Shown: one piece after another, positions 29,335 to 38,789 of the stretch
Position numbering within the stretch: position 1 is the first letter of the stretch
Layout: each line of letters opens with the position of its first letter
DNA from: Candidatus Palauibacter sp.
GTDB taxonomy: Bacteria > Gemmatimonadota > Gemmatimonadetes > Palauibacterales > Palauibacteraceae
Length of the DNA stretch: 64,000 nucleotides
Reading direction: 5' to 3'
NCBI RefSeq assembly: GCF_965197445.1
Contig: NZ_CBDANE010000005.1
Span: 1,067,369-1,131,368 of the forward strand
Program-made: the position numbers and the translations under genes
The notes under the pieces: model-generated
Told to the model about the DNA's origin: nothing
The model's database searches: none
What the model saw: only the letters and a program-made list of their open reading frames with translations

Positions 29335-30834
29335 ATGGACCTGCTGACGATCGCCGTATTCGGCTATCCGCTCATCCTGATCGGGATCGGGCTGTGGCGC
29401 TCCCGGCAGATCAAGAGCCACGCGGATTTCATGGTCGCCGGCCGAAACGTGCCCGTGACCCTCCTCGTCGGCACGCTGATCTGCACCTGGATCGGGTCCG
29501 GATCGCTGTTCGCAGGGGCCGGGCTCGCGTACCGTACCGGCATCGCCGAGTTGTGGTTCTCGTTCGGAGCCTGGGCGGGGCTGCTCGTCGCCTTCTATCT
29601 CGCGCCGCGTGTCCGCGCGATCGCGAAGTACACGGTCCCGGACCTCCTGGAGCAGCGCTACAATGCGGCGGCTCGCGTTCTGGGCACCGTCGCGATCATC
29701 CTCGCCTACGTGACGATCGCCGCCTACCAGTTCCGGGGCGGCGGCTGGATCCTGAGCATCGTGACCGACGGCGCGATCTCGCCCACGACCGGAATGATCA
29801 TCACCGCCGTGACCATCGTGGCGTTCACGGCGCTCGCCGGCATGGTGTCGATCGTCTCGGTGGACCTCCTGAACGGGATCATCATCACCCTCGGCATCAT
29901 CATCGGCCTCCCCTATCTCGTGCTCTCAAACGGCGGGGTCGAGGCCATCGCGGCCGGGCTGCCCGAGGGGCACCTCACCATGTTGGGGGGGCACAACATC
30001 CTCTGGGTCCTCGGCGTAGCCATGCCCACCTTCCTCCTCATCCTGGGCGAGAGCGGGATGTACCAGAAGTTCTTCTCCGCCAAGGACGCGGGGTCCGCCA
30101 AGAAGGCGGTAGTCGGGATGTTCGTCGGCGTGGTTTTCATCGAGACTACGCTGGCCCTGATGGCGATCGTCGGGCGTGCGGTGTTCCCCGAACTGGCGGA
30201 TCCGGAGCAGGTCTCATTGGTCGGCCGGGCCGCGTCGGAGACGGTCATCCTCTACATCGCTGCCAACGGATTGCCGGTGATCGGCGGCGCGATCCTCCTC
30301 GCGGCGGCTGTCGCGATCGTGCTCTCGACGGGCAATACGTTCCTGCTCGTGCCGTCCACCAACGTGAGCCGCGACCTGTACGAGCGCTTCGTCGATCCGG
30401 ACGCCAGCGAAGGGATGAAGCTGGGAGTGCAGCGTCTCTGCATCGTCCTGTTCGGCGGCCTGGGGCTCGTGCTGCTGACGCAGTTCGACACCGTGCTCTC
30501 GATGGCGCTGTACGCCTACTCACTCGTGGGGGCGAGCTTGACGCCGGCCCTGCTCGCGGCCTTCCTGTGGCGCCGCGTGACGCCACAGGGTGGCGTGGCG
30601 TGCATCGCGGGAGGACTCGGGAGCATCGTCGGGATCGCGGTCCTTTCCCGGTTCGGGATGAACTTCACGGCCATGATCGGGGAGACGCCGTTCGACTTCG
30701 CCTCGAGCGACTACATCGTGATCCCCGGCGTCATCATCTCGCTGGGACTGCTGATCGTGGTGAGCCTGCTGACGCCGCCTTCGCCCGAGGAGAAGTGGGC
30801 GCCCTTCTTCCAGAAGAACCCGGAACGGCTCTAG
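29335..30834 (+). CDS. Sodium:solute symporter (SSS family)
   Basis: 13 TM helices; SSS signature region (GRNVPVTLLVGTLICTWIGSGSLFAGAGLAY). Confidence 0.85.
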   Translation: MDLLTIAVFGYPLILIGIGLWRSRQIKSHADFMVAGRNVPVTLLVGTLICTWIGSGSLFAGAGLAYRTGIAELWFSFGAWAGLLVAFYLAPRVRAIAKYTVPDLLEQRYNAAARVLGTVAIILAYVTIAAYQFRGGGWILSIVTDGAISPTTGMIITAVTIVAFTALAGMVSIVSVDLLNGIIITLGIIIGLPYLVLSNGGVEAIAAGLPEGHLTMLGGHNILWVLGVAMPTFLLILGESGMYQKFFSAKDAGSAKKAVVGMFVGVVFIETTLALMAIVGRAVFPELADPEQVSLVGRAASETVILYIAANGLPVIGGAILLAAAVAIVLSTGNTFLLVPSTNVSRDLYERFVDPDASEGMKLGVQRLCIVLFGGLGLVLLTQFDTVLSMALYAYSLVGASLTPALLAAFLWRRVTPQGGVACIAGGLGSIVGIAVLSRFGMNFTAMIGETPFDFASSDYIVIPGVIISLGLLIVVSLLTPPSPEEKWAPFFQKNPERL

Positions 30835-30837
30835 TCC

Positions 30838-31872
30838 TCAGGCGAGCAGGCCGCGGAGTTCGTCGAGCTTGCCCGGAGGGCCCAGGACGACGAGGTGGTC
30901 GCCGGGACGCACCCGTTCCCCTGGCCCCGGGTTGTAGAGGAAGCGTTCGCCCCCTTCGTCCGTCTCGCTCCGCTGGATCGCGACGACGAGTGACCCGGTC
31001 CTGGCCGGAATCGCGGCTTCGGCCAGCGTGAGCCCGGCAAGTTCCGAAGTCGGGGACACGAGCAACTGCTCGAGAAGGAGCTCCAGGCCGTCTTCGCCGG
31101 GTACGTCGACGAAGAGCGTCACATCGGGGCGCAGTACGAGCGAGGCCATCTGAACGCCGCCCGTCGCGTTGGGGGTGACGACGCGGTCGGCACCGGCCTT
31201 CTTCAGCTTCCCCACCGAAGGCTCCGACCGGGCCCGGCCCACGATGGTCAGATTCGGGTTCAGCTCCCGCGCCGCCAGACAGACGAAGGCGTTGTCGGTG
31301 TCCGCGCTGAGTGCGGCGATGAGCCCCCGGGCGCGGGCGATGCCCGCCGCCGCCAGAGCCTCGTCACTCGTCGCATCGTCTTCGATGATGAGTGCGTTCG
31401 GGTCCAGCTGCCGTGCGTGCGCGACCTGCTGCGGGTCGCTCTCGATGGCGACGTAAGGGTCGCCACGGGCGACGAACCTCTTGATCGCGTGGATTCCGGT
31501 ACGGCCCGCGCCGCACAGGATCACGTGGTCCTTGATGCGCTCGATCCTCTTCATCGTTCTGCGTTTCGTGAATGCGTGGGTCAGGTCCATCTCGACGAGT
31601 GTCGCGGTAATGAGGGCGAACCAGATCGCGAGCGTGACGATGCCGCCGCCGATCAGGAAACTCGCAAAGAGGCGGCCGCCGGGCGTCAGGGTCTGGATCT
31701 CACCGTATCCGACCGCCGAGACCGTAATCGCGGTCATGAAGAAGGCGTCCGACAGGTTCCAGCCCGGCATGAGGGAGAAGCCGATCGTCCCGACCACGAC
31801 GAGGCCCGCCGTAAAGAAGACGGCCCCCAGCAGGCGGTTCCTGAAGCGGGAGAAGTCCGGCAGGCAGCACAT
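30838..31872 (-). CDS. Potassium channel with RCK (TrkA-N/TrkA-C) gating domains (MthK-like)
   Basis: Two TM helices flanking a pore helix with the selectivity filter TVSAVGYGE. Followed by a Rossmann-type RCK domain (VILCGAGRTG) and a TrkA-C domain. Confidence 0.8.
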   Translation of the reverse strand: MCCLPDFSRFRNRLLGAVFFTAGLVVVGTIGFSLMPGWNLSDAFFMTAITVSAVGYGEIQTLTPGGRLFASFLIGGGIVTLAIWFALITATLVEMDLTHAFTKRRTMKRIERIKDHVILCGAGRTGIHAIKRFVARGDPYVAIESDPQQVAHARQLDPNALIIEDDATSDEALAAAGIARARGLIAALSADTDNAFVCLAARELNPNLTIVGRARSEPSVGKLKKAGADRVVTPNATGGVQMASLVLRPDVTLFVDVPGEDGLELLLEQLLVSPTSELAGLTLAEAAIPARTGSLVVAIQRSETDEGGERFLYNPGPGERVRPGDHLVVLGPPGKLDELRGLLA

Positions 31873-33515
31873 CAGCCGCGTGCCGCGCCACGGTCGAGTC
31901 GGGCCACGACCTGTCGGCCCTTGATCATGCGGCCGTCGAGACCGCGGACGACCTCGTCGGCCACGAGCGAATCGACGTCGACGAGCGTGAAGTTCTGGCG
32001 GATGTCGATGCGCCCGATCTGTCCGCCGGCCGCGCCGGTCTCGCCCGTGATCGCGCCGACGAGGTCGCCGGGGCCGGCGTCGTCCCGCTTGCCCACGCCG
32101 ACGAAGACCCGGGTCCAGGTCGGACGGGTCGCGCGTTCGGCGCTCGCGTCGGAGCGGGGGGCAGGGCGGTCGGCCGCAGGGGCTTCAGCGCTCGTGTCGG
32201 CGCGGTCCGTCGCACGGAGCAGGCCGGCGAGGGCGCCGGCAACGCGCGGGGCTCCGTGCGCTTCGATCAGCGGCGCGAGCAGCAGGGCGCCGCTGGCCAG
32301 GTCCTGCTGCTCGATGGCTTCCGAGACGCGGGCCCGGAAGGCCGCGACCTCGTCCATCAGATCGGGATCCGCCCGCTCGGCGAGGGGCGTCACGGACCGC
32401 CCGGCCCGGGCCACGGTCAGCTCCAGTTGCCGCTCGTGCAGCGTGTCGACGATGGCGTAGCAGCGATCGGCGCCCTCGACCGCGCGGGCGAGGAGCGCCG
32501 GCGTGGGCGGCAGCCCGAGGACGACCGCGTCCGGGGCTGGCTCGACCTGGCCCCACGCGCCGATCCGCACGGGGTGGTCGACGCCGGCTGCGGGCACATC
32601 GATGCCGGCCACCGAGAGGGCCGCGCGTACCTCGTCGATGGCGGCGGGAGCCGTTTCGACGCTGACGGCGGTCCCGGCGTCGGCCCGGGCGATGTCGTGG
32701 AGCAGCTCGGCCAGGCGGGCCAGTCGCCCTGCTCGCGTGGCCCGGCTCGCGACGGCGATCGGCCCGCCGGACACCCGGCCCGCACCCGGCGCCGTGGCGC
32801 CCGGCTCTCCGAACAGTTCGTTCGGCCACCGGCGCGCGCGCGGCAACCGGCGGACGATCAACTCGTCGAACGCCGCATCGCGGGCGTGGGTCGTCGCGAT
32901 CCGGCGAGCCCCTTCGTCGGAGGCCTGCAAGATCGCCTCGACGGCGGCCCGCGCCGGCTCCAGCGCCCGCACGTCGTCGAGGACCAGGGTGCAGATCGCC
33001 GACGCGGGGATGTCACCTTTCCGGACCGCCTCGAGGAGTGGGGCCGGCGGCCCCACGAGGACAGGGGCCTGGTGGGCGGCGTCCGGCGTGGACCCCGGCG
33101 CGACGATCACAACGTTGTGCCCGGCTTCTCGAACCGCCTCGTACATGCGAGCCGCGCAGCGCCGCGCGCGGTCGACGGATGCGGTGAGCACGAAGACGCG
33201 CCCATCGGCGGCCGCGGACTCCAGGTCTCGCGTCGCGGCCGCGGCATAGAGCTGCGCGAGCCCCGCGCCTTCAGCGGCGACGAGCGCGAGGTGGCGCCCG
33301 CGCTCGACCGCCGCCGCGAGGGCCTCGAGCGCTTCCGGCGCCGCGACCGTCTCGACCGAATCCTCCGACTGGTCCTGATTCAAGGGCGGGATCTCGCGAA
33401 GAAGGTGGACAAGGGTCGTGAGTGGGCTTCCGTCCGGATCGCTGGCAAGGTACGCAAGGCGTCGATCCGCCCAAAGAGTGCCTCGGCCCGACGATGCCCC
33501 TCGGAGGCCCTCCAC
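31872..33515 (-). CDS. Degenerate (probably ATPase-dead) DEAD-box/DbpA-like protein with an intact C-terminal DbpA RNA-binding domain
   Basis: C-terminal ~75 aa matches the DbpA RBD (RVFVGVGKRDDAGPGDLVGAITGE…RIDIRQNFTLVDV). The RecA-like core keeps its spacing, but motif I is AEGAGLAQ with no GKT, motif II is LVLDDVRAL (DEAD to DDVR), and motif VI is VRIGAWGQ. Its stop overlaps the start of the K+ channel gene. Confidence 0.55.
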   Translation of the reverse strand: MEGLRGASSGRGTLWADRRLAYLASDPDGSPLTTLVHLLREIPPLNQDQSEDSVETVAAPEALEALAAAVERGRHLALVAAEGAGLAQLYAAAATRDLESAAADGRVFVLTASVDRARRCAARMYEAVREAGHNVVIVAPGSTPDAAHQAPVLVGPPAPLLEAVRKGDIPASAICTLVLDDVRALEPARAAVEAILQASDEGARRIATTHARDAAFDELIVRRLPRARRWPNELFGEPGATAPGAGRVSGGPIAVASRATRAGRLARLAELLHDIARADAGTAVSVETAPAAIDEVRAALSVAGIDVPAAGVDHPVRIGAWGQVEPAPDAVVLGLPPTPALLARAVEGADRCYAIVDTLHERQLELTVARAGRSVTPLAERADPDLMDEVAAFRARVSEAIEQQDLASGALLLAPLIEAHGAPRVAGALAGLLRATDRADTSAEAPAADRPAPRSDASAERATRPTWTRVFVGVGKRDDAGPGDLVGAITGETGAAGGQIGRIDIRQNFTLVDVDSLVADEVVRGLDGRMIKGRQVVARLDRGAARG

Positions 33516-33624
33516 GTTGACGTTGACGTCGGCGCCGACGCTGGTCTAACGTCACCCCTCCACGCGCCGCGGCCCGCCCGCGGGCTCTCTCCGGATTTCT
33601 CAGCACGAGGCGAACGCGATTCCC

Positions 33625-34965
33625 GTGATCCAGGCCCTGGAGACAATTCAGGCGTGGGTATGGGGGGTGCCGCTCATCATCCTCCTTCTCATGACGGGCC
33701 TCGTGTACACCTTTCTCCTGCGGGGCCTCCAGTTCCGCCGCCTGTGGCATGCGCTCTGGCTCGCGCTCGTGAAGCGACGCGAGCCCGATGGCGAGGGCGA
33801 CATCTCACACTTCCAGGCGCTGATGACGGCCCTCGCCGCCACCGTTGGCACCGGCAACATCGTGGGTGTCGCGACCGCCATCGGCGCCGGAGGCCCCGGC
33901 GCGCTGTTCTGGATGTGGGTCACGGGGCTGCTCGGGATGGCGACGAAGTACGCGGAGGCGGTGCTCGGCGTCCGCTACCGGGAGACGGACGCCCGGGGCG
34001 AGAAGGCCGGCGGCCCCATGTACTACCTCGAACACGGGCTGGGCCGCGGTGGGCTGGGCCGGGGCCTGGCCATCGCCTTTGCCGCCTTCGCGACGCTCGC
34101 CGCGTTCGGGATCGGCAACGGCGTCCAGTCGCAGGCGGTCGCGGACGCGATGAACGAGTCGTTCGGCGTTCCGCACTGGATCGTGGGCCTCGTCACCGCG
34201 GCCGCGGTCGGCCTCGTCATCATCGGCGGCATCCGTTCCATCGGCCGTGTGGCGAGCGTGATCGTGCCGACGATGATCGTCCTCTACATGGGCGCCGCCG
34301 GTCTCGTGCTCATCTCCAACGCGGCGGAGATCCCGGCCGCTTTCGGGCTCGTGTTCGAGCACGCCTTCGGTGGGCGGGCGATGGCGGGTGGCGCCCTCGG
34401 CTACACCGTCCTGCAGGCCATGCGGTTCGGGGTCGCGCGCGGGATCTTCTCGAACGAGTCGGGGCTGGGGACGGGGGCCATCGTCGCTGCGGCCGCCCAG
34501 ACCCGGGAACCCGTACGGCAGGCGCTCGTGTCGATGACCCAGACCTTCATCGACACCATCGTCGTCTGCACCCTCACGGGACTCGCGATCCTCACCACGG
34601 GGGCGTGGAGCTCCGGCGCCGAGGGCGCCAACATGACGCAGATGGCCTTCGACACGGGTCTCCTCTCGGGTGCCGGAAACATCGTGGTGGCGCTGGGTCT
34701 CGCCACCTTCGCGTTCAGCACGATGCTCGGGTGGTCCTACTACGGGGAGCGGAGCTTCGCGTACCTGCTCGGCGAGCGCGTGATCAAACCGTACCGTCTG
34801 GCCTTCGTGCTCGTGGTGGGTTTGGCCGCCGTCGTGGAACTGGATGTCGTGTGGCTGGTCTCCGACATCCTCAACGGCCTCATGGCGGCTCCCAACCTCG
34901 TGGGCCTGCTCCTGCTGTCAGGCGTCGTGTGGCGGGAGACGCGGAGCTACTTCGGCCGCAGATAG
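33625..34965 (+). CDS. Alanine/glycine:cation symporter (AGCS family)
   Basis: AGCS signature HFQALMTALAATVGTGNIVGVATAI and 11 TM helices. Confidence 0.85.
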   Translation: MIQALETIQAWVWGVPLIILLLMTGLVYTFLLRGLQFRRLWHALWLALVKRREPDGEGDISHFQALMTALAATVGTGNIVGVATAIGAGGPGALFWMWVTGLLGMATKYAEAVLGVRYRETDARGEKAGGPMYYLEHGLGRGGLGRGLAIAFAAFATLAAFGIGNGVQSQAVADAMNESFGVPHWIVGLVTAAAVGLVIIGGIRSIGRVASVIVPTMIVLYMGAAGLVLISNAAEIPAAFGLVFEHAFGGRAMAGGALGYTVLQAMRFGVARGIFSNESGLGTGAIVAAAAQTREPVRQALVSMTQTFIDTIVVCTLTGLAILTTGAWSSGAEGANMTQMAFDTGLLSGAGNIVVALGLATFAFSTMLGWSYYGERSFAYLLGERVIKPYRLAFVLVVGLAAVVELDVVWLVSDILNGLMAAPNLVGLLLLSGVVWRETRSYFGRR

Positions 34966-34977
34966 CAGCCCGTGGGG

Positions 34978-35262
34978 TCAGCCCATGAAGGGCGGGTAGT
35001 GGCCCAGATCGTAGGCCCGGATCGACAGGACCCCGCGCGGCGACACGCCCACATCGGTCAGCGTGCGCGTCTCGTCCCGGATCCGGCGCTCGGCGTACTC
35101 GGTGTAGAAGTCGGCGGGGTCGTCCGCTGAGCGCTGGAGCATCTCACGGATCCCGAACGCCTTGGCCGCGGCCACGGTGGTGTCGGCCGGCAGTTCGGCC
35201 ACGTGCTCGAGCCAGCGGTCGGGCATGATGAGACGAACCGTGATCCGTTCTCCGGCGTTCAT
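34978..35262 (-). CDS. Hypothetical small protein (94 aa), possibly beta-grasp fold
   Basis: GC3-rich ORF with no motif I recognise. The second gene of a two-gene minus-strand unit. Confidence 0.4.
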   Translation of the reverse strand: MNAGERITVRLIMPDRWLEHVAELPADTTVAAAKAFGIREMLQRSADDPADFYTEYAERRIRDETRTLTDVGVSPRGVLSIRAYDLGHYPPFMG

Positions 35263-35275
35263 CCCGTACCCGGTC

Positions 35276-35539
35276 TCAGTGGAGGTTGCGGAGGGTGTAG
35301 AGGAAACGCTTCGCGAGGTCGGTCACATCGAGTCCCACCACGCGGTCCGTCTCCACGCGTACGTTGGTGTGACCTCCGGCGCGGTCGACGGTGAACCGAG
35401 CCAGCCCGATCTCGCCCGTGAAGGTGACCGATGCCTCCGTCTCCTCCCGCACCTGAAGCCCGGAATGTTCGCCGAAGAAACGCTTTGCGCGTTCGAGGAC
35501 GTCTTCCGGAGAAAGGTCGGTGATGGTGACGTAGCGCAT
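35276..35539 (-). CDS. Hypothetical small protein (88 aa)
   Basis: Start at MRYVTITDL; the upstream in-frame extension in the track is low-complexity and Arg-rich. First gene of the two-gene unit. Confidence 0.4.
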   Translation of the reverse strand: MRYVTITDLSPEDVLERAKRFFGEHSGLQVREETEASVTFTGEIGLARFTVDRAGGHTNVRVETDRVVGLDVTDLAKRFLYTLRNLH

Positions 35540-35684
35540 GTGAATTCCGGTTCGGCGATCACGGCCCGGGGGCGGCTCCGGCGGAGCGACGCGCCCTTGA
35601 TCGGGCCGCAAGATCTTGCGCTCCCAGCGGCGCGTCAACCGGGTCATTGGCCCCGCGGGGCCGGGGGCGATACCATCTCCCGCC

Positions 35685-36785
35685 ATGAGCTCCGAAATCT
35701 CGTTCGGCCGCTTTTTCCTCCCCGGCCCGACCGAAGTTCCGCCCGATCTGTTCGACGCCATGCGGCGACCCGTCGTGGGGCACCGGAGCCCGGAGGTGTC
35801 GAGGCTCATCGAGGAGATGCAGCCCGCCGCCTCGCGGCTGTTTCAGACATGGCGGCCGGTCTATCTCTCGACCTCCTCCGCCACCGGGATGATGGAAGCC
35901 GCGATCACGAACCTCACGCGCCGCCGCGCGCTCTGCCTCACCAACGGTTCGTTCAGCCAGCGATTCCACGCCATCGCCGGGGCTACGGGACGCCCGGCCG
36001 ATACGCTCGAGGCGAAGTGGGGTGAGCCCAACCTGCCGGACCGGCTGCGGACCGCGCTGTCCGAAGCGCCCGGCCGCTACGACCTCGTCACGTTGGTGCA
36101 TTCCGAGAGTTCGACGGGTGTCCTGAATCCGCTCGAGGAACTGGCCGCCGTCGTGCGCGAATTCGACGATGTGCTGATCGCGGTGGACACCGTCTCGTCG
36201 CTCGCCGGTGCGCCGGTGCGGACCGACGACTGGGGTCTGGACTTCGTCCTCACGGGTTCCCAGAAGGCGGTGGCTCTGCCCCCCGGCCTGGCGCTGGCCG
36301 TGGCGTCGGAGCGGGCGCTCGCCCGCGCCCGGGAGGTCGAGCACCGTGGCTTCTACTTCGACATCCTCAAGTTCGAGAAGAACCTCGAACGCTGGCAGAC
36401 CCCGAACACGCCCGCGGTCTCGCTGCTCTTCGCCCTCGATCGGCAACTGGCCCGCATGATGGAGGAGGGGCTGGAGGCGCGGTGGCGACGGCACGACGAA
36501 ATGGCGCGCCGAACCTATGAATGGGTGGAACGAACGGCCGCCCGTACGGGCCAGCCGTGGCATGTGCTGGCGCCGGAGGGCTATCGGTCGCCGTGCGTAA
36601 CGGTCATCGTGCTTCCCGACGGCCTGACCGGGCCCGAAGTCGCCTCGCGCGCCCGGGCGCATGGATACACGGTTGCCGCAGGCTACGGGCCGTTGAAGGA
36701 ATCTTCGTTCAGGATCGGACACATGGGGGAGCACACGCTGGACGAACTGGAGGCGCTCCTGGCGGTACTCGACGAGGTGCTGTGA
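35685..36785 (+). CDS. Class V aminotransferase (serine-glyoxylate/alanine-glyoxylate or archaeal-type phosphoserine aminotransferase)
   Basis: Fold-type I class V features, with the PLP lysine in TGSQKAVALPPG. Start at MSSEISF. Translationally coupled to serA. Confidence 0.8.
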   Translation: MSSEISFGRFFLPGPTEVPPDLFDAMRRPVVGHRSPEVSRLIEEMQPAASRLFQTWRPVYLSTSSATGMMEAAITNLTRRRALCLTNGSFSQRFHAIAGATGRPADTLEAKWGEPNLPDRLRTALSEAPGRYDLVTLVHSESSTGVLNPLEELAAVVREFDDVLIAVDTVSSLAGAPVRTDDWGLDFVLTGSQKAVALPPGLALAVASERALARAREVEHRGFYFDILKFEKNLERWQTPNTPAVSLLFALDRQLARMMEEGLEARWRRHDEMARRTYEWVERTAARTGQPWHVLAPEGYRSPCVTVIVLPDGLTGPEVASRARAHGYTVAAGYGPLKESSFRIGHMGEHTLDELEALLAVLDEVL

Positions 36786-38392
36786 GCGGTTCGACCGAGG
36801 GCGCCCAGCGCCTGATCATCGCCGATCCACTTCTCCCGGACGGGCTGGAGACGTTGCGTGCCGCACCGGCCCTCGTCGTCGAGGATCTCAGCGAGGCGGA
36901 TCGCCCGACGCTCCTGGCCGCGCTGCCGGGTGCGTCTGCGCTGATCGTCCGCAGCCGCACGAAGGTAGACGCGGAACTCCTCCGGACCGGCGACTCGCTC
37001 CGGGTTGTCGGACGTGCGGGCGTCGGCGTGGACAACATCGATATCCCGGCGGCCACCCGGCGTGGGATCGCGGTGCTGAACGCTCCGGCCGCGAACACCC
37101 AGTCGACCGCCGAGTTGGCGTTCGCCCTTCTCCTTGCTGCCGCCCGCCGGCTGCCGGAGGCGGACGCGAGCATGCGCAACGGGGAATGGAAACGTACGGA
37201 GTTGCGGGGCATCCAGCTCAGCGGGAAGACGCTGGGGGTCATCGGACTCGGCCGGATCGGGGCGGAGGTCGCCTGGCGGGCGCGGGCGTTCGACATGCGC
37301 GTGGTTGGCCACGATCCGTTCGTGAACGCCGAGCGAGCCAGCGATCTGGGCGTCGAACTCGTCGACCTCGCCACGCTTCTGCCTGCGTCCGACGCGATTA
37401 CGCTGCACGTCCCGCTCTCGGCCGAGAATCGAGGATTCATCGGACGCAAGAAGATCAAGGCCATGCGGCCGGGCGCGATCCTGATCAACGCGGCCCGGGG
37501 CGGCCTGGTGGACGAAGCCGCGTTGGCCGAAGGGCTCACCAGCGGCCACCTGGGCGCCGCCGGCCTCGACGTGTTCGAGACCGAGCCGCTTCCCGCCGAC
37601 AGCCCGCTCCGGCAAGCGCCCCGGCTCGTGTTCACGCCCCATCTCGGCGCCTCGACGTTCGAGGCCCAGCGACAGGTCTCCCGGCAGATCGCCGTGTCCG
37701 TGCGCGACGCGCTGCTCGAGGACGACTACAGCCTTGCGCTCAATGCGCCGTTCGAAGCGGAGGACCGGGACGGCGCCGGGCCCATCATGGACCTGGGTCG
37801 CTGTCTGGGTCGCCTGTTGGCCGGGCTCGCCGACGCCGCGCCCCGCCGCATCGAGGTCCGGTACGGCGGGCCTCGCGATGGTGTGCTGGGACCGCTCGCG
37901 GCGAGCGTGGTCGTGGGTTTCCTCGAGCGCCGGGTCGCTCCCCCGCTCAATGTCGTGAACGCGCTGTCGATCGCGGCCGAACGCGGCCTGGAGATCACAC
38001 GCGTCCGTACCCAGGCCGAGGGCGACTACACGAACTACGTCGAACTCCGCGTGGCTTCCGGCCGGACCGGGCACGAGGTGGTGGGAGGGGCGCTCATGGG
38101 GTCCCGGATGGAGCCTCGGATCGTGCGCGTCGGGACCTTCCGTGTGGACACCGAACCCAGCGGGACCTGTCTCCTCATCCGCAACCACGACCAGCCGGGC
38201 GTGATCGGCGCCGTCGGGACGGTGCTCGGCGCCGCGAACGCGAACATCGCGGAGTACCACCTCGCACGGCGCAGAGGCGGGCGCCGCTCCCTGGGGGTGG
38301 TGCGCATCGACGGCGAACTCCCACCCGAGGTGCTGCGTGGTCTGAACGACCTCGACGCTGTGGAGGAAGTCCGCCAGGTCAACTTCGACTGA
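36782..38392 (+). CDS. serA: D-3-phosphoglycerate dehydrogenase
   Basis: NAD-binding GVIGLGRIG, catalytic R/E/H residues, an ASB domain and a C-terminal ACT domain (CLLIRNHDQPGVIGAVGTVLG). GTG start overlaps the upstream stop (GTGA). Confidence 0.9.
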   Translation: MSGSTEGAQRLIIADPLLPDGLETLRAAPALVVEDLSEADRPTLLAALPGASALIVRSRTKVDAELLRTGDSLRVVGRAGVGVDNIDIPAATRRGIAVLNAPAANTQSTAELAFALLLAAARRLPEADASMRNGEWKRTELRGIQLSGKTLGVIGLGRIGAEVAWRARAFDMRVVGHDPFVNAERASDLGVELVDLATLLPASDAITLHVPLSAENRGFIGRKKIKAMRPGAILINAARGGLVDEAALAEGLTSGHLGAAGLDVFETEPLPADSPLRQAPRLVFTPHLGASTFEAQRQVSRQIAVSVRDALLEDDYSLALNAPFEAEDRDGAGPIMDLGRCLGRLLAGLADAAPRRIEVRYGGPRDGVLGPLAASVVVGFLERRVAPPLNVVNALSIAAERGLEITRVRTQAEGDYTNYVELRVASGRTGHEVVGGALMGSRMEPRIVRVGTFRVDTEPSGTCLLIRNHDQPGVIGAVGTVLGAANANIAEYHLARRRGGRRSLGVVRIDGELPPEVLRGLNDLDAVEEVRQVNFD

Positions 38393-38430
38393 ACCCAGCC
38401 CGTGGTTAGCATCCCGGCGGTCTGCCTCGT

Positions 38431-38457
38431 ATCATGAATCATGACAGCAATTCATGA
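38431..38457. promoter_or_regulatory. Candidate VapB operator: three copies of the palindromic hexamer TCATGA
   Basis: Seen directly: aTCATGAaTCATGAcagcaatTCATGAtac. The third copy contains the vapB ATG. Confidence 0.5.
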
Positions 38458-38789
38458 TACACGAGGGCAAAGGGCGGCGAGTCTCGGAGCCGGTCCAGGT
38501 CTATCTGGCGGCGACGGAGCGCGATCGGCTCGAACGTCTGAGGGTCACGCTCGACACGACGAAGTCGGACGTTCTGCGGAGAGGCCTCGAGGCGCTGGAG
38601 TTACAGCTCTCGGACCCGGATCTTCACCCCGCGCTGTCGATCATCGGTATCTTCTGCGGGACGCGACCACCGCCGGGGGAGCCGCACGCCGATGTAGCGC
38701 GCGATCACGACGAGTTCCTCACCGCCGGCGAAATCGATGCCTGGTCGCTCGATTCGCCGGACGAGCCTCGTGGCGGCGCGTCCGGGTGA
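38454..38789 (+). CDS. vapB: Ribbon-helix-helix antitoxin (VapB/CopG-like)
   Basis: RHH motif (…TLDTTKSDVLRRGLEALE…) and an acidic C-terminal tail. Stop overlaps the vapC start. Confidence 0.6.
   Translation: MIHEGKGRRVSEPVQVYLAATERDRLERLRVTLDTTKSDVLRRGLEALELQLSDPDLHPALSIIGIFCGTRPPPGEPHADVARDHDEFLTAGEIDAWSLDSPDEPRGGASG

Noticed and set aside
33515-33625. Possible glycine riboswitch upstream of the alanine/glycine symporter gene
   Set aside because: Only 110 bp of spacer, and none of the conserved glycine-aptamer elements (GGAGAG…CACCGAAGG…CTCAGGCAA) are present.
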